Below are positions 62,801-64,000 of a stretch of DNA of 64,000 nt, piece after piece. The notes under the pieces were generated by a model that saw only the letters and a list, made by a program, of their open reading frames with translations, made no database searches and had not been told where the DNA came from. The stretch comes from Pavona decussata (taxonomy: Eukaryota). The stretch lies in NCBI GenBank assembly GCA_977016875.1, contig CDRNST010000178.1:868001-932000 (forward strand), given 5' to 3'. Position 1 is the stretch's first letter, and each line of letters starts with the position of its first letter. The translations under genes were made by a program, and so were the position numbers.

Positions 62801-64000
62801 GCTTTGGGAGGAGGTGAGGGGGGTCTGGGAGATAGAAATTGGGTCCAAGATTTTGTTATATTTATAAGTCCAAAATTGGGTACAGTTTTTGTTTGTGGTT
62901 GAATTAAAATAGAGTATAATATGATTGGGTTTGATCTCTTCATCTTCAAACTAAAAAGAGAGAAACAAAAATTAAGTAAAGTTACATGAAATTCAGGTCT
63001 GAAAACTGGTATCAATTTTGGAAGCCTGCAGAGATACGACTCCTCCAGTACATAAGCCTAAATACTTTATTTCATAATTTTTCTGTTACAGTTTAAGTCG
63101 ACTCTAAAATAACAAGCTTTACTATTTGCAAGTGCTACTTAAAGTTATTCATTCTGAACACATTTCATCACCCTCATGTATGTGAAGTTGCCTTAAAGCA
63201 TCATTTTTTAGAGTTTTTCTGCCAAGACTGTCATTATTTAAAGTTATCCACCCTGAACACATTACATCACTGTCATGTAATGTGAAGTTGCCTTAAAGAG
63301 TTGTTCTGCCAAGACATGGACACTTATACTGTCATTATTAACTGCAATGGTTTTCATCGATTTGTAGGCAAAGAGAAAGAGAAAAAGCTATTAGAGACAA
63401 ACTAAAGTATCTAAGCACAATTCTTCCATTGGCTCACTTAAGAAACAACCGGCCATCAAGGAAGGAAATTCTTGAAACTGCAATTAGTCGCATCATGCAA
63501 CTACAGGAAGATATTCGAGAGGCGTACCTCCAAAATGGGTTGAAGACAGAGGATTTAAAGGCTGCATTGCAAGGCAACATGGTGTTCAATTTGAGTACTA
63601 GCAGCTGTGTTCCTGACACTGATCGAGAAAATGGCGTACCCCTGATCTCAGGTGAAGATAATAGCCTTCCCAGCACTCCAGAGGTGACAGAAGGTGAAGA
63701 TTTGCGCATTACCTCAGCATCACCCACCTCGGAATCCAGCAGCCAAGAATCCGAGGAATCAGAGATTGCTCTGCATAGTTCAAAACCCGAAAACACTATA
63801 AAACACGTGAAGAGACCAATGAATGCATTCATTTTGTTTAGCAAGAACCACCGCACATTTTTCAAGCATTTGTATCCTGGGAGAGATAATCGTAAGATTA
63901 GCATACTTCTTGCTGAAAAGTGGCGAAATATGAGACCAGAGGAAAAGGAGCCGTATAAAAGGGAAGCTAAAGAGTTGATGAGGCGAACTAAGGAATCCCA
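56812..64000 (+). CDS. bHLH + HMG-box transcription-factor-like protein; partial, runs off the right edge, 5' exon structure unresolved
   Basis: Exons 58245-58293, 58374-58560, 58956-59142, 60380-60440, 60588-60657, 60838-60896, 61563-61698 (or 61704), 62318-62447 and 63368->64000 splice in frame. The candidate first exon 56812-56877 and a possible exon ~62003-62070 are not phase-resolved. The last exon is open for 633 nt: QREREKAIRDKLKYLSTILP...RPSRKEILETAISRIMQLQ (HLH) and HVKRPMNAFILFSKNHRTFFKHLYPGRDNRKISILLAEKWRNMRPEEKEPYKREAKEL (HMG box from ~63804). Confidence 0.82.

Noticed and set aside
63434-63904. 156-aa minus-strand ORF in the track
   Set aside because: Antisense shadow of the plus-strand bHLH-HMG exon.

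Overview
AT-rich, intron-rich animal genomic DNA; the repeat families look anthozoan, probably a stony coral (inferred, not proven). All gene models were spliced by hand and checked for intron phase. (1) A minus-strand tandem array of three FATP/SLC27A1/4-type long-chain fatty-acid transport/acyl-CoA synthetase genes with identical exon layout. Copy A (4325 to <108) runs off the left edge; copy B (20743-8436) encodes 642 aa; copy C (33534-23216) encodes 641 aa and has a GC-AG intron. (2) Head-to-head with copy C, a 24-exon plus-strand gene (34082-53443, ~1190 aa) with an ERICH3/FSIP2-like N-terminal motif, TQT (LC8-type) motifs, a PLAT/LH2 domain, a Glu-rich tract and ankyrin repeats. (3) A plus-strand gene missed by the ORF track (~56812 to >64000) joining an atypical bHLH to an HBP1/SOX-type HMG box, the domain order of vertebrate MEIOSIN/BHMG1. 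Introns and intergenic DNA are packed with MITEs and SINE-like repeats. These include a three-level nest (retroposed poly(A) fragment inside an Academ-type transposon inside a Harbinger MITE) and an intact minimal hammerhead-ribozyme motif of the Penelope type.
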